A stretch of DNA of 64,000 bases from Zygnema circumcarinatum SAG 698-1b. Its lineage: Eukaryota > Plantae > Zygnematophyceae. The position numbers and the translations under genes were made by a program. The DNA lies in contig CM074804.1 of assembly GCA_037447605.1 (NCBI GenBank), forward strand, positions 1,054,001 through 1,118,000. Direction: 5' to 3'. Below the pieces are notes generated by a model. The model did not search any database and was not told the DNA's origin. It saw only the letters and a program-made list of their open reading frames with translations. Positions within the stretch are counted from its first letter, which is position 1. Each line of letters begins with the position of its first letter. Shown here in pieces: positions 1 through 12,632 of this stretch.

Positions 1-2539
1 AATGTCAAAGACGTAATCCACAGGGGACACCCCCAAGATCTTTCCGAGTAGAATTTGGGCCTCAATGCGGTCTTCAGCTTTCAAGCGGTCGCCATGCGTC
101 ATCACCACTACAGGGCGATCATCTGACGCCACAAAAGAAGGGGGGTGAGAGAGAAAAAAGGAAAGAAGAACGAAAGGGGGAGAGGGAAGCGGGAGCGAGT
201 GAGGGAGGGAAGGAGGGAGGGAGTTGGGTGGAGGGAGGGGGAGGGGGATCCTGATAACCGCTCCATACCTTTGAATGAAAGAAACGGGTTCGTGCACAAA
301 CGTTTCAAATTTCGAATGGCCATCTCATCATTGCGCTCCAATATGCAATGCAGGGACACTGCCGACACCGCCAAGATAACAAAATTGACTTGTCGTTTTT
401 CAGAAAGCTTGTGCAGCCCTTGGCGAGCTCGAGCATCAAGATTCTCCCTCTCACCGCTGCTGTCACTCTTCCTGCTCAATGCGCTCATCAAACCCAAAAC
501 CAATTTCATCAAATTTGTACCCGAAGGAGCAGACAAGAACATACCTGCCTTATTAGCTCACATACACGTATATAGCAAAGGGAATTATTGTCATCATTTC
601 GAAGCCATGTATGTTCAGGCTATGAGCCTGCCCTTCGCACTGAAAAGAAGGTACACTTATTCCTACACTTCAAATGGGAAATAATAGTAATGAGACCATT
701 GCTTATCGCCAGACGCCACTGACTCCAGCAGCAACAATATTGTCTCTGGAGTTGGATTTCAGCTACTGCAACCCCATTGTCTGAAGCGTAGAACTCAACT
801 TGTCCACCCAAGCGGTGCCCTTAATACTCAAGTAGCTTGTAATGCGAAGCAGTTGAGAATGGATGCACGACTTGACCCTGTAATCACAGTGAATATGAAT
901 TACCTGACCACTTTCTGTCCATGGCGTACCCCTTTCACAATCCAGTTCCGGACAATTGCTCGACCTTCCTCGGAGTCCATGGATGGCAGGCCACGGCTGT
1001 CAAATACAACAATCTTGCCTGATTCCTCACATACATTATATTCCTCGAGAAGAAACGTTCCATTCTCCCCTTGTTGATCTGTGAAAACGAAAGAGCAAGG
1101 TTTAGCAGTATATCTCGTTACATTCCTCGGAGTATCGTCATGAAACAAACTCTTAATCGCGAAACTATTCAGGCCCCTTAAGGCTGTGAATGCGTTAACA
1201 GGTCGGAAAGCCCTATTCAATACCCGATGTGTGTTCCACGCCAATCATGCTTCCAAGCACGGAAGGACGCAGCCAACACTAGAAACAATTGCTCCAAAAA
1301 AGCCAACAAAAAATCATGATCTCGCCAGAGGCACCAACGAACAATTACAATGCTCTCACCAAGTACTTGAGCCATGTCGAATCCCTGCTTCTTTCCGTTA
1401 AGCACACGAATCATATTGTTGATCAATGTACTCTTCCCGGCTCCCATAGGACCCACCACTAAGAACGTTGTAGCTTTGGGGATTTGGTAGTCATGTTTGG
1501 TCCTGCCACCTGCTGGGTAGAGGTGATTCCCCGGTCGGTATCTGGACAAGGCCCCGGAATAAAAATAGAATTAGACAGTTTATTATACTGATTTTGGCAG
1601 CTAATTGAATACAACAGCCATCTGCTGGAAAAAGAAAAACAGCAGAAAAATACCCACAACAAGGCCGCCATTCTTCTTCAAAGACATCAAGCGTGGCAAA
1701 ACAGCCATTGCTGTAAGAGCAGAGAACAGCTCGAGAGGCATTGCCTTCATATGCAAACCAGGATGCTTTCAATTGAAAAGGATAAAAAAGGTAGTTCAAT
1801 TCTCCAGATATTAACAAGCACGAAGAAATGTAGGAGGTACATTGCGTTGTGTTTTAGATTAGCACAAGTAATGCAATTAGGCGAGATGAAAATAAAATTT
1901 CTTACTCGGCAATCTTCCGGCGGAACTCCTCAAGCTTGTCAGCTCGCTTTACGAGAGACTGCCGCTTCTGTTGAAGCTGCTGCTTTAGCCTCTCATGCTC
2001 AGCTTTTTCCCCTTCATCCATGTCCTTTCCAAAAGAAAAGTTCAAGCCTTGAAAACTTGGCTCAATGGGAGCTTCCTCTATTTGAATGGGAGCGATATCC
2101 TCAGTTGTTCCTGTAGTTGGATTCGGGAAGATACGGCAGTCCAGACCTTCTGGCGCGCGAGGACTTTCCGTGCCTTCGGTTGACTGAAGACTCCCATATC
2201 TAAGATCTGTCCAGTCCTCCGACAATCCTCGGAGGGTTGGAAGGTCCTTTACAGACTCTGCACGACGAAGGCAAAGAGAGTAGACCCCCATTTTAACAAC
2301 TCGGGGTTCTAACATCAAACCTCGCATGGAAATTTAAGGTGCAACAGCTTCGACTCCAGGCTGTAGAAGACAGCACGCACAATTGAAAAATGAAACAAGG
2401 ACGTAAACGTATTCGTAATTCTGTCCTACGATTCAGTCCACTGTTTAGGAGAGTGTCAAACAGATCATGTCTAATACACGGTTACTTAAAATGCGCCAGT
2501 AGAGGGAGCTATCAGCCCTCAATTCATACCTCCACCCAT
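1..2539 (-). CDS. IFI44-like P-loop NTPase/GTPase (plant uncharacterised family); 3' end lies beyond the window
   Basis: Phase-consistent GT-AG model complement(join(<1..122,269..471,904..1078,1360..1541,1906..2257,2530..2539)). Walker A FLVVGPMGAGKSTLIN, then GTFLLEEY, VVFDSRGL (G3-like), GVRHGQKVVR, VNFVI, NPFLSFKDDRPVVVMTHGD (G4-like TxxD). This motif series is the one I recall for the Arabidopsis AT4G13030-type family. The 10-nt first exon (ATG GGT GGA G|gtatga) is the least certain part. Confidence 0.82.
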
Positions 2540-3077
2540 GGTTGTTGAAGAAAGAAGCGCGGAAGTCTGAAAAGAACGAACCTGCGGACCGTCGATTCAG
2601 GACAACGTCAGCAAAATCCCAGCCGATACGAATTCCGACTTTGCTAGTGTTATTCTTGCACGCTTGCTGAACGCAAAAAATGTTTTCCGACATCAAAATG
2701 ATTAAAGATTACCTCAAGCATTCGCATCATCAAACTCTGAAAGCATGCCTTCCACAATTCTTATCCACAGAACGTGCATCCAAACTTCACAGCCACTCCT
2801 TGAAACATCATGTTCCACCATTCACCATTCAGGTATGCAGTTCCAAGACTCTTCAGCTGCATGCATGTCTTGAGCAAACAATAAAGCTCTCCAGCAATAT
2901 TTTGCATCAAAGCTGCAGCTGCACCACCCACCTCCAGAGCCGCTCCTTCAAATTGGCCCCTTTCCCAGCTGCTCTCTCTTTCTCTCTCCCTCCCCTTCCC
3001 TCTCTCTCTCTCTATAAATCCGCCCCTGCATGTGACGAATTCACTGTGGCCGTTCCAGCTTTCTGGGACCATTCAAC

Positions 3078-3710
3078 CACGTGGAAAAACTTTCATATTT
3101 TTATTCGTACATAAATTAACGACTCGGCGAATCGTAGGATGTTTTCACATTTGTAAAGAGAATCGGGCAGACGAAAGCGGTCAAGGGAAAGAAAATAAAT
3201 ATTTTCAACATTTCTTCCACGTCCTCGTGCATGACAAGACTGGAAGGCGCCAAAATTCTGGGATGCCAATGGCCCGGTAATTTCGCCACGTGGCGTGATC
3301 TCATTGGCTTGCTTGCGTAGCAAGGAACAGTTCGAGCGAACGTTGCCCCTAACGGCTCCATGTAGGTCTGTTGTGTTACAGCAAACTGGTCGCGGGTTCG
3401 ACCCTGGCCCACGGCAAAAAAAACACGAATGGCAGACACGCTTTGAATTCTTATAAAATTCCTGAACTGCGATTTTCCTGACTTGGTTACCCATAATATT
3501 TACTAAATTAGTTCTTAGTTAACTATTGCTGGGGCATCAATATAAATTCGCCACGTGTACATATCCACATGGCGAGTCCCCATTGGCCGATGCTCGACCT
3601 TTTTAAAGTGGTCGCAATGGAGAAAGGCGCTGTAGCATTTGCAGCCCTCCCCTCATCTGCAAGGCACAGAGTCACAGACAGCAGCTTGTAAGGAGCCTGG
3701 AAACCCTAAT
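3078..3710. promoter_or_regulatory. Divergent promoter region between the NTPase and LPA2, with three G-boxes and a telo-box
   Basis: CACGTG at 3078-3083, 3287-3292 and 3552-3557; AAACCCTAAT at 3701-3710 just upstream of the LPA2 ATG. Confidence 0.45.
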
Positions 3711-3732
3711 TCAGGGTTCAGGGTGAATGATC

Positions 3733-5076
3733 ATGTCTCAGGCAGCCATGGCGTCTTCCAGCTGCCGCATAAAGCTACTCATTGGCTCAACAGGGGATGT
3801 CGCTAATGTAAGCTGTTTGAAGGATCGTCAGGGGAGCCCAGTCCAGGGGTATCAGCTGAAAGCGCAAGAGGAGAGGAGAATCTCGGGAATTTTATTGAAG
3901 AGTATGCGGGATAACAGAAGGAGATGTGGGAGAAAATTTGTAGTTTCAGCAAATTATGAAGATAGTGGTGGAAATGATGCCGGGGATGGAAGTGGTGGCG
4001 CAGTGAAGGTCTCTTCCAAACCAAAAGCGAAGAGGAGTAGAGGCTTTGGAGATAGAGTAGCAGAAGGACCTGCACAGAAAAGCAAGGACGGAATTTCCGC
4101 TGCAAACGCGCCGAGTATTGATGCCAGTGACAGCAGGGGAAGCAGGGAAAGTGCAGGCAACAGAGAACCTGGAATTAGACGAAGACCAGCCCCAGAGCAA
4201 CCCTTGTTAGTAGCAGAACCAACAGAAGAAGAGAAACAGATTGATAATGGGGCTGTTATCCTCTTGGGAATATTGTTTGCACTCATTTTTGCCGAGGGAA
4301 CGTTCTTGGCTGTGTCAGGCAAGTTCTCTTTTTTCTTTGTTCCATTTATCGGCTACTTTCTTATCATTCCCCCTCTCTTTTCGTTTTTTGGCAGCATGGC
4401 AAGTCGTATGTTATCCTCTCGAATTAACTGGGTTGAAGTCATGTATATGGGACGTCTGGCTTTCTACTTTGATGGCAATCCCCAGCATTGACCACATTAT
4501 CTTACCTAACCTCTTTAAGGAATTTGTGGTCTCAGTCGATAGTAAATTCTGTGCGAGTGTGTAGACTCTGACCTCAAACGTTCATTTTTATCCAGTCTCA
4601 ATGGTCTTTCCTGTTTTGATTCTCAGGGTTTTTTTTGTTAATCCGTCTGCCCTTCTCTCAATCTATGAACTTTCTGCTTCCTTAGGAACGTAAACTCATA
4701 TTGGCATTGGAGGGAAGTTGTTTCCATCAATACCTTTTCTTGCAGAGTGCCGGACAAATGATTTCTATCCTCTATCCAGGCGATATGCATGACTGAAGCA
4801 GACGTTCTGGATGTCCCTTGTCGGGGTCGCAGCTTATTTAGCGCTTGTGCCTAGCACAGGCTGAAACCAACCTAATTCTGTGATTGAAAGAATCAGTTTT
4901 CTGCAGCTTTCACAGCCTGTCTCGTACTCCGCTCTGCAGGCTTCCTTCCAGAGTCATTGGATAACCTTGCTGTGGAGGTCGTCTATCCATATTTCTCTCC
5001 AACAGTCGGCCTCTTCCTGCTCGTTGCGGCTTCCTACGGGCTGTACAAATACCTTGGCGGGCCAAATAAGAATTGA
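3733..5076 (+). CDS. LPA2: LOW PSII ACCUMULATION 2 (thylakoid PSII assembly factor)
   Basis: join(3733..4318,4940..5076); the start could also be 3727 or 3748. Transit-like N-terminus, GFG motif, IRRRPAPEQPLL, TM1 (AVILLGILFALIFAEGTFLAVSG), then exon 2 FLPESLDNLAVEVVYPYFSPTVGLFLLVAASYGLYKYL, matching the recalled LPA2 C-terminus. The intron has a GC donor (G|gcaagt at 4319). Confidence 0.9.
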
Positions 5077-5269
5077 GGCAAAGAAGACGGGGCTTAGGAA
5101 GGAAAATACAGGGCACCCACGTAAATGCTGAGACTTCTAACCTTTAGGGTGTGCTGATTCTCCTTTCTTTACGTCATTACGAGAAGATTGTATGTGGCAG
5201 ACTATGTTCCTCAGTGTTCCAGTATTTGTCAATAGCAGACAATGCAAAGAAGATGCTTGTTCCATGTCT

Positions 5270-8200
5270 CACCCGTTCCATGCAACAGATACAGGAGTGC
5301 CTCGCTTTTGTTCTTGTTTATTGGCCGTGCTTCTCTCCATAGATTATCTTTTCCAACGCTAGAAAAGTAGGACTCACTAGATAGATCGACGGTTTTGTAG
5401 GAGCAGTTTTTTTTGTTATGTGGAACCGTAACCGTTTAATCGCTGTTCTGCTTTGATATGTAACGGGAGAGGGCCTTGTGTGGTATTGATTTAAAAAGCC
5501 AGTCTCAGAAATTGCTAGATTGCCATGTTTTCCAGCTTAGACATCGTCGAGTGATATCTGAACTCTTGTACACCTTCATGCTAAGGCAATGTTCTCTTAA
5601 TTCCAGTTTTTTTTTTCGTGTGTTGGTTTGCTATTACCAGGATGACAATTGCTTCTTTGCGATGGACAGTTATCATGTTGTGAATCTGTTCCTCCTTCAA
5701 GCGTCATATCCACCGCCACACGCAATGTACCAAAAACTGCAGGAGTCCTGAACAGCAGCACTTGAAGTTTGGAAAGAAATAAAGTTTGAATTTGATACCA
5801 TTGACACATTGTAAGTTAACTTCAAATTCACTGACAAATTCCTTCCTGGTCACACAGTACAAGTTGACTCCCCAGCTTCACACACGGCCCCACAGATTCG
5901 ATCAGCTCATAAAAAAAAAAAAAAAAACTGGGATGGCGGGATTCTAAGGGCTTGTCATCAAGGAATTCTGTACCATACAACGGCAACACCCCATTGCAGA
6001 AATGGGTGATGGAAAAAGCGCCTCGATTTGAAAAACCCGCAAAGCCGTATCACAATGAAAGTGCGAGGGCTAAGTCCTGAGCTCTAAGACCTTGAAGAGG
6101 ATTTCCTCTTTGATTGTATACGTTGAAAGGCCCAAGCCTCAATGTACACGAGTGCATGTCTCATAGGAGAGACTATCAAAGTTAGCTAGTAGACCATTAG
6201 GTACTGAACATATGGACGGTTATATATGCGATTAACCCCTAAGATCACATGAATCACCCTCCCTCCCTCCCTCCCTCCCTCTCTCACTCACTCTCCCTCT
6301 CCCCCCCCCCTATCCCACCGACGCCCCCCTCCAACAACTAGTGTCCCGCAAACGATAACAAAGAATATGCCATTCGGCCACAATTTTCTTTTTGTGTTCT
6401 CTCACTCACTCTCTCCCCCCTTCCGTCTGCTACAGATACATCAGAATAAGCCACGCTTTCCCATTACATCACCGGTCCAAAATCTCCTGCGGACTACACT
6501 CTGTCTAATGGACTGCAGCGAGGTATCACATCCACGCGAGCAGTCCCTTTCCCTCCCTGAGAGCAGGCGAATGCAAACATTCCAATAGCCCCTCCCTTAA
6601 GAGGCACCACCATTTGGTTACCACTGAAGTGGCCTCTCTGAGTAGCAGGCTCATCTGTCTGGTAACCGAAGCTCACACGAGGAGAGCTCTTGTTAGGCCC
6701 ACCACCTCGTAAGTCTCCGTCACTGCTACTTCGAACCAGCACTTTACCCCTTACGGCTTCTATTCTTGGATGCTCATACGGTGCCCTCATAGCAGAAAAT
6801 GATATTGGTTGGTCTCGTCCCAAGCTACCAATGCGAGGAACTCCACTCAACAGTCCCTCCCTGCTTGAAAGGTTCATGCTGTGGGAGCACTCTCCCTTGA
6901 GGGCCTCTACTTCGCAAGCGCGGTTTTCAGTATCTAACGCAACGTATTGGAGACTCGGTTCTGAATTTTCCCCAATCGTAAAGGTGGGGCTTGAACTGTG
7001 TTCACTGGTCTCGTCAGTATCGCTTGCTGTCAAACTTAGACTCCTGCCCCAAAGAGGCTCTAAAAAAAATTCGTCAAAGTTTGTTTCCTCTATATGACCT
7101 GCCAAAGGCGTAGGACTAATACAGCTTTCTACTCCACTAGCAGTGATATGGCTACCTCCTCCCCCACCCTCCCCTTCTGCTAAGTTCCAAAACCAGTCTG
7201 TATCCCGCTGCTGCTCCTTTTCTCCCAACATTTCGTGAGGCTCAGCCTGACTCTCCTGCTGAGTCTGATGAGAAAGCGTCAACTCATAAAGCATTTTCCA
7301 AGTACGGACCTCAAATACTGTGACTNNNNNNNNNNCACCCGTTCCATGCAACAGATACAGGAGTGCCTCGCTTTTGTTCTTGTTTATTGGCCGTGCTTCT
7401 CTCCATAGATTATCTTTTCCAACGCTAGAAAAGTAGGACTCACTAGATAGATCGACGGTTTTGTAGGAGCAGTTTTTTTTGTTATGTGGAACCGTAACCG
7501 TTTAATCGCTGTTCTGCTTTGATATGTAACGGGAGAGGGCCTTGTGTGGTATTGATTTAAAAAGCCAGTCTCAGAAATTGCTAGATTGCCATGTTTTCCA
7601 GCTTAGACATCGTCGAGTGATATCTGAACTCTTGTACACCTTCATGCTAAGGCAATGTTCTCTTAATTCCAGTTTTTTTTTTCGTGTGTTGGTTTGCTAT
7701 TACCAGGATGACAATTGCTTCTTTGCGATGGACAGTTATCATGTTGTGAATCTGTTCCTCCTTCAAGCGTCATATCCACCGCCACACGCAATGTACCAAA
7801 AACTGCAGGAGTCCTGAACAGCAGCACTTGAAGTTTGGAAAGAAATAAAGTTTGAATTTGATACCATTGACACATTGTAAGTTAACTTCAAATTCACTGA
7901 CAAATTCCTTCCTGGTCACACAGTACAAGTTGACTCCCCAGCTTCACACACGGCCCCACAGATTCGATCAGCTCATAAAAAAAAAAAAAAAAACTGGGAT
8001 GGCGGGATTCTAAGGGCTTGTCATCAAGGAATTCTGTACCATACAACGGCAACACCCCATTGCAGAAATGGGTGATGGAAAAAGCGCCTCGATTTGAAAA
8101 ACCCGCAAAGCCGTATCACAATGAAAGTGCGAGGGCTAAGTCCTGAGCTCTAAGACCTTGAAGAGGATTTCCTCTTTGATTGTATACGTTGAAAGGCCCA

Positions 8201-9391
8201 AGCCTCAATGTACACGAGTGCATGTCTCATAGGAGAGACTATCAAAGTTAGCTAGTAGACCATTAGGTACTGAACATATGGACGGTTATATATGCGATTA
8301 ACCCCTAAGATCACATGAATCACCCTCCCTCCCTCCCTCCCTCCCTCTCTCACTCACTCTCCCTCTCCCCCCCCCCTATCCCACCGACGCCCCCCTCCAA
8401 CAACTAGTGTCCCGCAAACGATAACAAAGAATATGCCATTCGGCCACAATTTTCTTTTTGTGTTCTCTCACTCACTCTCTCCCCCCTTCCGTCTGCTACA
8501 GATACATCAGAATAAGCCACGCTTTCCCATTACATCACCGGTCCAAAATCTCCTGCGGACTACACTCTGTCTAATGGACTGCAGCGAGGTATCACATCCA
8601 CGCGAGCAGTCCCTTTCCCTCCCTGAGAGCAGGCGAATGCAAACATTCCAATAGCCCCTCCCTTAAGAGGCACCACCATTTGGTTACCACTGAAGTGGCC
8701 TCTCTGAGTAGCAGGCTCATCTGTCTGGTAACCGAAGCTCACACGAGGAGAGCTCTTGTTAGGCCCACCACCTCGTAAGTCTCCGTCACTGCTACTTCGA
8801 ACCAGCACTTTACCCCTTACGGCTTCTATTCTTGGATGCTCATACGGTGCCCTCATAGCAGAAAATGATATTGGTTGGTCTCGTCCCAAGCTACCAATGC
8901 GAGGAACTCCACTCAACAGTCCCTCCCTGCTTGAAAGGTTCATGCTGTGGGAGCACTCTCCCTTGAGGGCCTCTACTTCGCAAGCGCGGTTTTCAGTATC
9001 TAACGCAACGTATTGGAGACTCGGTTCTGAATTTTCCCCAATCGTAAAGGTGGGGCTTGAACTGTGTTCACTGGTCTCGTCAGTATCGCTTGCTGTCAAA
9101 CTTAGACTCCTGCCCCAAAGAGGCTCTAAAAAAAATTCGTCAAAGTTTGTTTCCTCTATATGACCTGCCAAAGGCGTAGGACTAATACAGCTTTCTACTC
9201 CACTAGCAGTGATATGGCTACCTCCTCCCCCACCCTCCCCTTCTGCTAAGTTCCAAAACCAGTCTGTATCCCGCTGCTGCTCCTTTTCTCCCAACATTTC
9301 GTGAGGCTCAGCCTGACTCTCCTGCTGAGTCTGATGAGAAAGCGTCAACTCATAAAGCATTTTCCAAGTACGGACCTCAAATACTGTGACT
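5270..9391. repeat. 2056-bp direct duplication (5270-7325 = 7336-9391) separated by 10 Ns; probable scaffolding artefact
   Basis: Constant 2066 offset, identical ORF translations in both copies, the same 17-A run in both, and the junction falls exactly on the N gap. Confidence 0.9.
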
Positions 9392-11639
9392 GCCTTTCCT
9401 GAAGCCACGGCTACTTTATATCCGTCAGCAAAAACAGATTTAATGGGACCACTTGCAGAAGTATTTCCCGTTCCCAAATAGCCTGAACCTCTCCCTACAC
9501 GATCCCTTGTCTGGCGAGCCCCTCCCCCTCCCCCTGGATATAACAAAGCCACGCGTTCTGAGGTAGCCAAGTCCCATACATAGACCGCATTGCTGTGACC
9601 ATTCCCAGTATTTTGATGTAGAAAACCACCATATACAAGACGACCACAATCATCCCATAAGCCTTTATGATGCCCAACCTGGTTCGATGAATGAATGCAA
9701 AGGCAGGCTACAGGACAGCTGCAGCTTCCGACCAATGCAGCCCTCTTCTGGCCCGTTTCCCCATCAATCACCGTCACATGTCCTCCAGATGTTCCAGCAA
9801 CAAACAAGTTTCTGTCCGGGCCCTTGCCATCTCCAGCGAGATTTTCCTCAACACAAGTGACTGCTAATTCTGGACCAAGCTGGCGAACCATCCACCAGTC
9901 GCCAACATACAAGGCAGTTGAAGATGCATTCAAATGATACTCTTCCCCAGCTTCAGATGTAGCTAAGCAGCTGCCTGCGGTGTCGATTTTGTTAGAGCTG
10001 TAATCCGAGAGTCGCTGCTTACTGCTCCTCCCAAGTGCCAAATGACCATCACTAAGACCGGCAGCCACAATGGAGCCATCCCAAGAGAGGGCCAAGGACT
10101 GCACTGCAGCTCGATGCTGAAGGCCCCCTAAAACAGTCCTTGCTTTACCAGAAGCAACATCATGAATCCGAACCACCCCATCAAATCCTCCGTAGCCAAC
10201 TGTCTGGCAGTCGCCAGAAACAGCACTGCAGGAATAAAGACCAAGAAGATCTTCATAAGCTGCCTCTCCTCGATCCTGCATTTGACATCATTCGGAATGA
10301 GAAAGATTATGCATCACCAAGAACATGCCTCATGATAATGCAGATAGTATTTTGCTATGTGATTTTGGTCAATACAGTGCGAGATGTCTACAGGTAGTCC
10401 CAAGAATCACGTATTCTCAGAGCTATGGTTACGTTTGAGTGGAGAACCATTCGCATTCTGTCTCTAATTACCAATTACGATAACCAATGCACCAATTATG
10501 TCCTATTTTGCCTTCGAATTAGGTCTCTTAATAAAAGCCAGTGAAAAAACAAATTTCAAAGAGCATAAAATTACTCCCAAGGGGCGAATCTAATTACTCC
10601 TAAGGGGTTGATCTCTCCACCCATAAGAGCACAGGCAGAGAGGAGGTGAGTACGAGAGGAGTGGAGAGAGCAGAGAGGTGAGACAAGCACACCGACCATC
10701 CCGCGATAATGAAAAGGCAGGCCACTCGAAAGCCAACCTGTACACCGCGCAAGCCGAGATCCGTACACCTCTTTCCTGTGCATAAATCAAAAACATGGCA
10801 TGCTCCGCGACCCCCAGATGCAAACACGAGGCACTGTCCACCTGGCGCGATTTTGACAGAAGAAGCCTTGTCGCTGCCCTTAACTGCAAGGCGAAAAGCT
10901 TTTGTATGGCCCTTCCTCCATGCCTCGCTCACTTCATACGTTTCCTTACAGCTGGCGGTAAACCCAACTGCATTCCCTGTCTTTCCTGCAGTTGACAGTC
11001 CATATGCTCCAGTTTGAATTTCCATAGCTCTCGGCTGGCTATTAATGTCTCTTCTAAAGTGTTGAGGCTTTGAACAGCCATCAAATTGACCCTCTGAAAA
11101 GCGACTTTTTATCGGCAGTTGAAACCGAAACGTTCCTTCAGGGAGCTGAGTTTCTCTCCGCAGAACCGCAGGAAGCGATAAGCTTTCGTAGGGTGCAAGC
11201 ATCGGGTGCTCATTGGATTCCAAAAGCTCCCGCCAAAGAGATGGATCGCTGGTTGTAGACCGCCATTCCCTGCATCCAAGGGACTCCGCGTATGGGGACG
11301 GTGAGAAAAGCTGAAGGGATGATTCGGTTTTCAATACAGGCGTGACAATCAACATATAACGACAAAATGAATGAATTTAGAAACTGTTATTGCAAAACTA
11401 GAAAATGTTGGTTCACCCTCCAAATTGAAGGTTGTAAGGGGAGAAAATAGCAAAATTAGCAGTCTAACATGAACCATGCATCGGCTCCCTGCAAGCAAGG
11501 ACTCAAGGAGTGGGGCACACCTGCAGACCATGGCTGCTGCGCACAAATCCTTTGGTCCAAGAAAGGAGAATACATGCTGCGCAGAGGTTGGATCAAGACT
11601 AAAGAAAGGAGCTCTACTGAGGTGGAAGGAGTCAGCCAT
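8560..11639 (-). CDS. F-box/WD40-repeat protein (~788 aa), SCF substrate-adaptor candidate
   Basis: complement(join(8560..10275,10738..11269,11521..11639)), total 2367 nt, divisible by 3. F-box PFFSLDPTSAQHVFSFLGPKDLCAAAMVCREWRSTTSDPSLW; WD-like repeats (GYGGFDGVVRIHD, AAGLSDGHLALG, VAGTSGGHVTVID, NAVYVWD); low-complexity acidic/Ser tail. Confidence 0.82.
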
Positions 11640-12185
11640 TGCTGAGCTTGAAGCTCCTTCGAAGCTCCACTTACCGACCCTTCAAATTCAGCACCCCATT
11701 TCAGGACTCAAATCCCTGAGTGGTCGCAGCTCCAGGAGCGAGGGAGCGCTCCAAGAGGCCTCTCTCCCTCCCTCCCTCTCGCTTTCTCTCTGCAAGGGGC
11801 CATGGACCTGTTTCCGGAGTTCCCAAGAGGGGGATTTGCAGGAGGCAGGTAGAGCCGTTATATCCATGCGATATATCTCGATACGAAACGGCCACACTCG
11901 GCCGATACAGCATCAGTTTTCGTCACCAAAACTCAGATTACATCATTAGGTTTGTCGTACTCGCCCGAGATTGCAACTTTCTGACGCTTTCTGACGACAC
12001 TGAAGCCTCACGGCCGTTAAAAATATTTCTTTATCTCAGAAATCGTGTTTGACGTGACGACCTCTGATTCGTGGAATCCAAGTTCCTTCGTTCCTGGAAG
12101 TTTCGGGCCAAGAAAATATATCCCGGTATATCAAATCTATAGATCCGTATGTATCAAACGCGTGTATGAAAGTTTCCACCACTTT

Positions 12186-12420
12186 GTGTATTAATACACT
12201 GTATAATACATGCGTATTATACACCATTTTAAAAATACAGTGTATTTTATATGTATTTAACGTATTTTCTTTTGATTTCTCGCTAATTGAACAGAGATTG
12301 ATTATTGGCCAACCAACAACTCAACACGTGTGACGGGCCACACGTGTGACCCGTGTGGCCGTATAGTTCCGTACACAGTTTTCGTACAGAAATTCCGTAC
12401 GACTCTATGTCTGGTTGTAT
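12186..12420. repeat. Dispersed repeat module (stacked AT-rich palindromes plus a CCGTAC-rich unit), related to 51086-51320
   Basis: gtgtattaatacac palindrome (12186-12199); tgtataatac-atgc-gtattataca inverted repeat; actcaacacgtgtgac ... ttccgtacg resembles actcaacaagtgtgac ... ttccgtacg near 51140-51205. Confidence 0.5.
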
Positions 12421-12514
12421 CATTATCGTATCGGTACTGTCGGTTTCCAATATTATCGATATCGGTATACGGTATAGCGCGGTTGAGGACGGAGCAACGC
12501 AACCCTAAGCGAGA

Positions 12515-12516
<2 letters not shown>

Positions 12517-12595
<79 letters not shown>
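12517..12595. repeat. (CT)n microsatellite in the promoter/5' UTR of the U-box gene
   Basis: Uninterrupted CT run ending just upstream of the ATG at 12633. Confidence 0.95.
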
Positions 12596-12602
<7 letters not shown>

Positions 12603-12632
12603 CCTTGCGAGGGACTGTTAGGCGGCATATAC

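Noticed and set aside
545-903. Alternative NTPase acceptors at 878-880 and 545-547
   Set aside because: The first gives a 26-nt intron and a stop; the second is in the wrong phase. The acceptor at 472-474 restores the conserved VVR|KSDS junction.
5476-5809. Short ORFs (91 aa +, 70 aa -) and their duplicates at 7542-7875
   Set aside because: No motifs or convincing splice structure; they lie in the convergent 3' UTR region.
6494-7351. Second WD40-gene-like ORF (285 aa)
   Set aside because: It is an identical copy of the 3' part of 8560-10281, begins in the N gap, and belongs to the probable assembly duplication.
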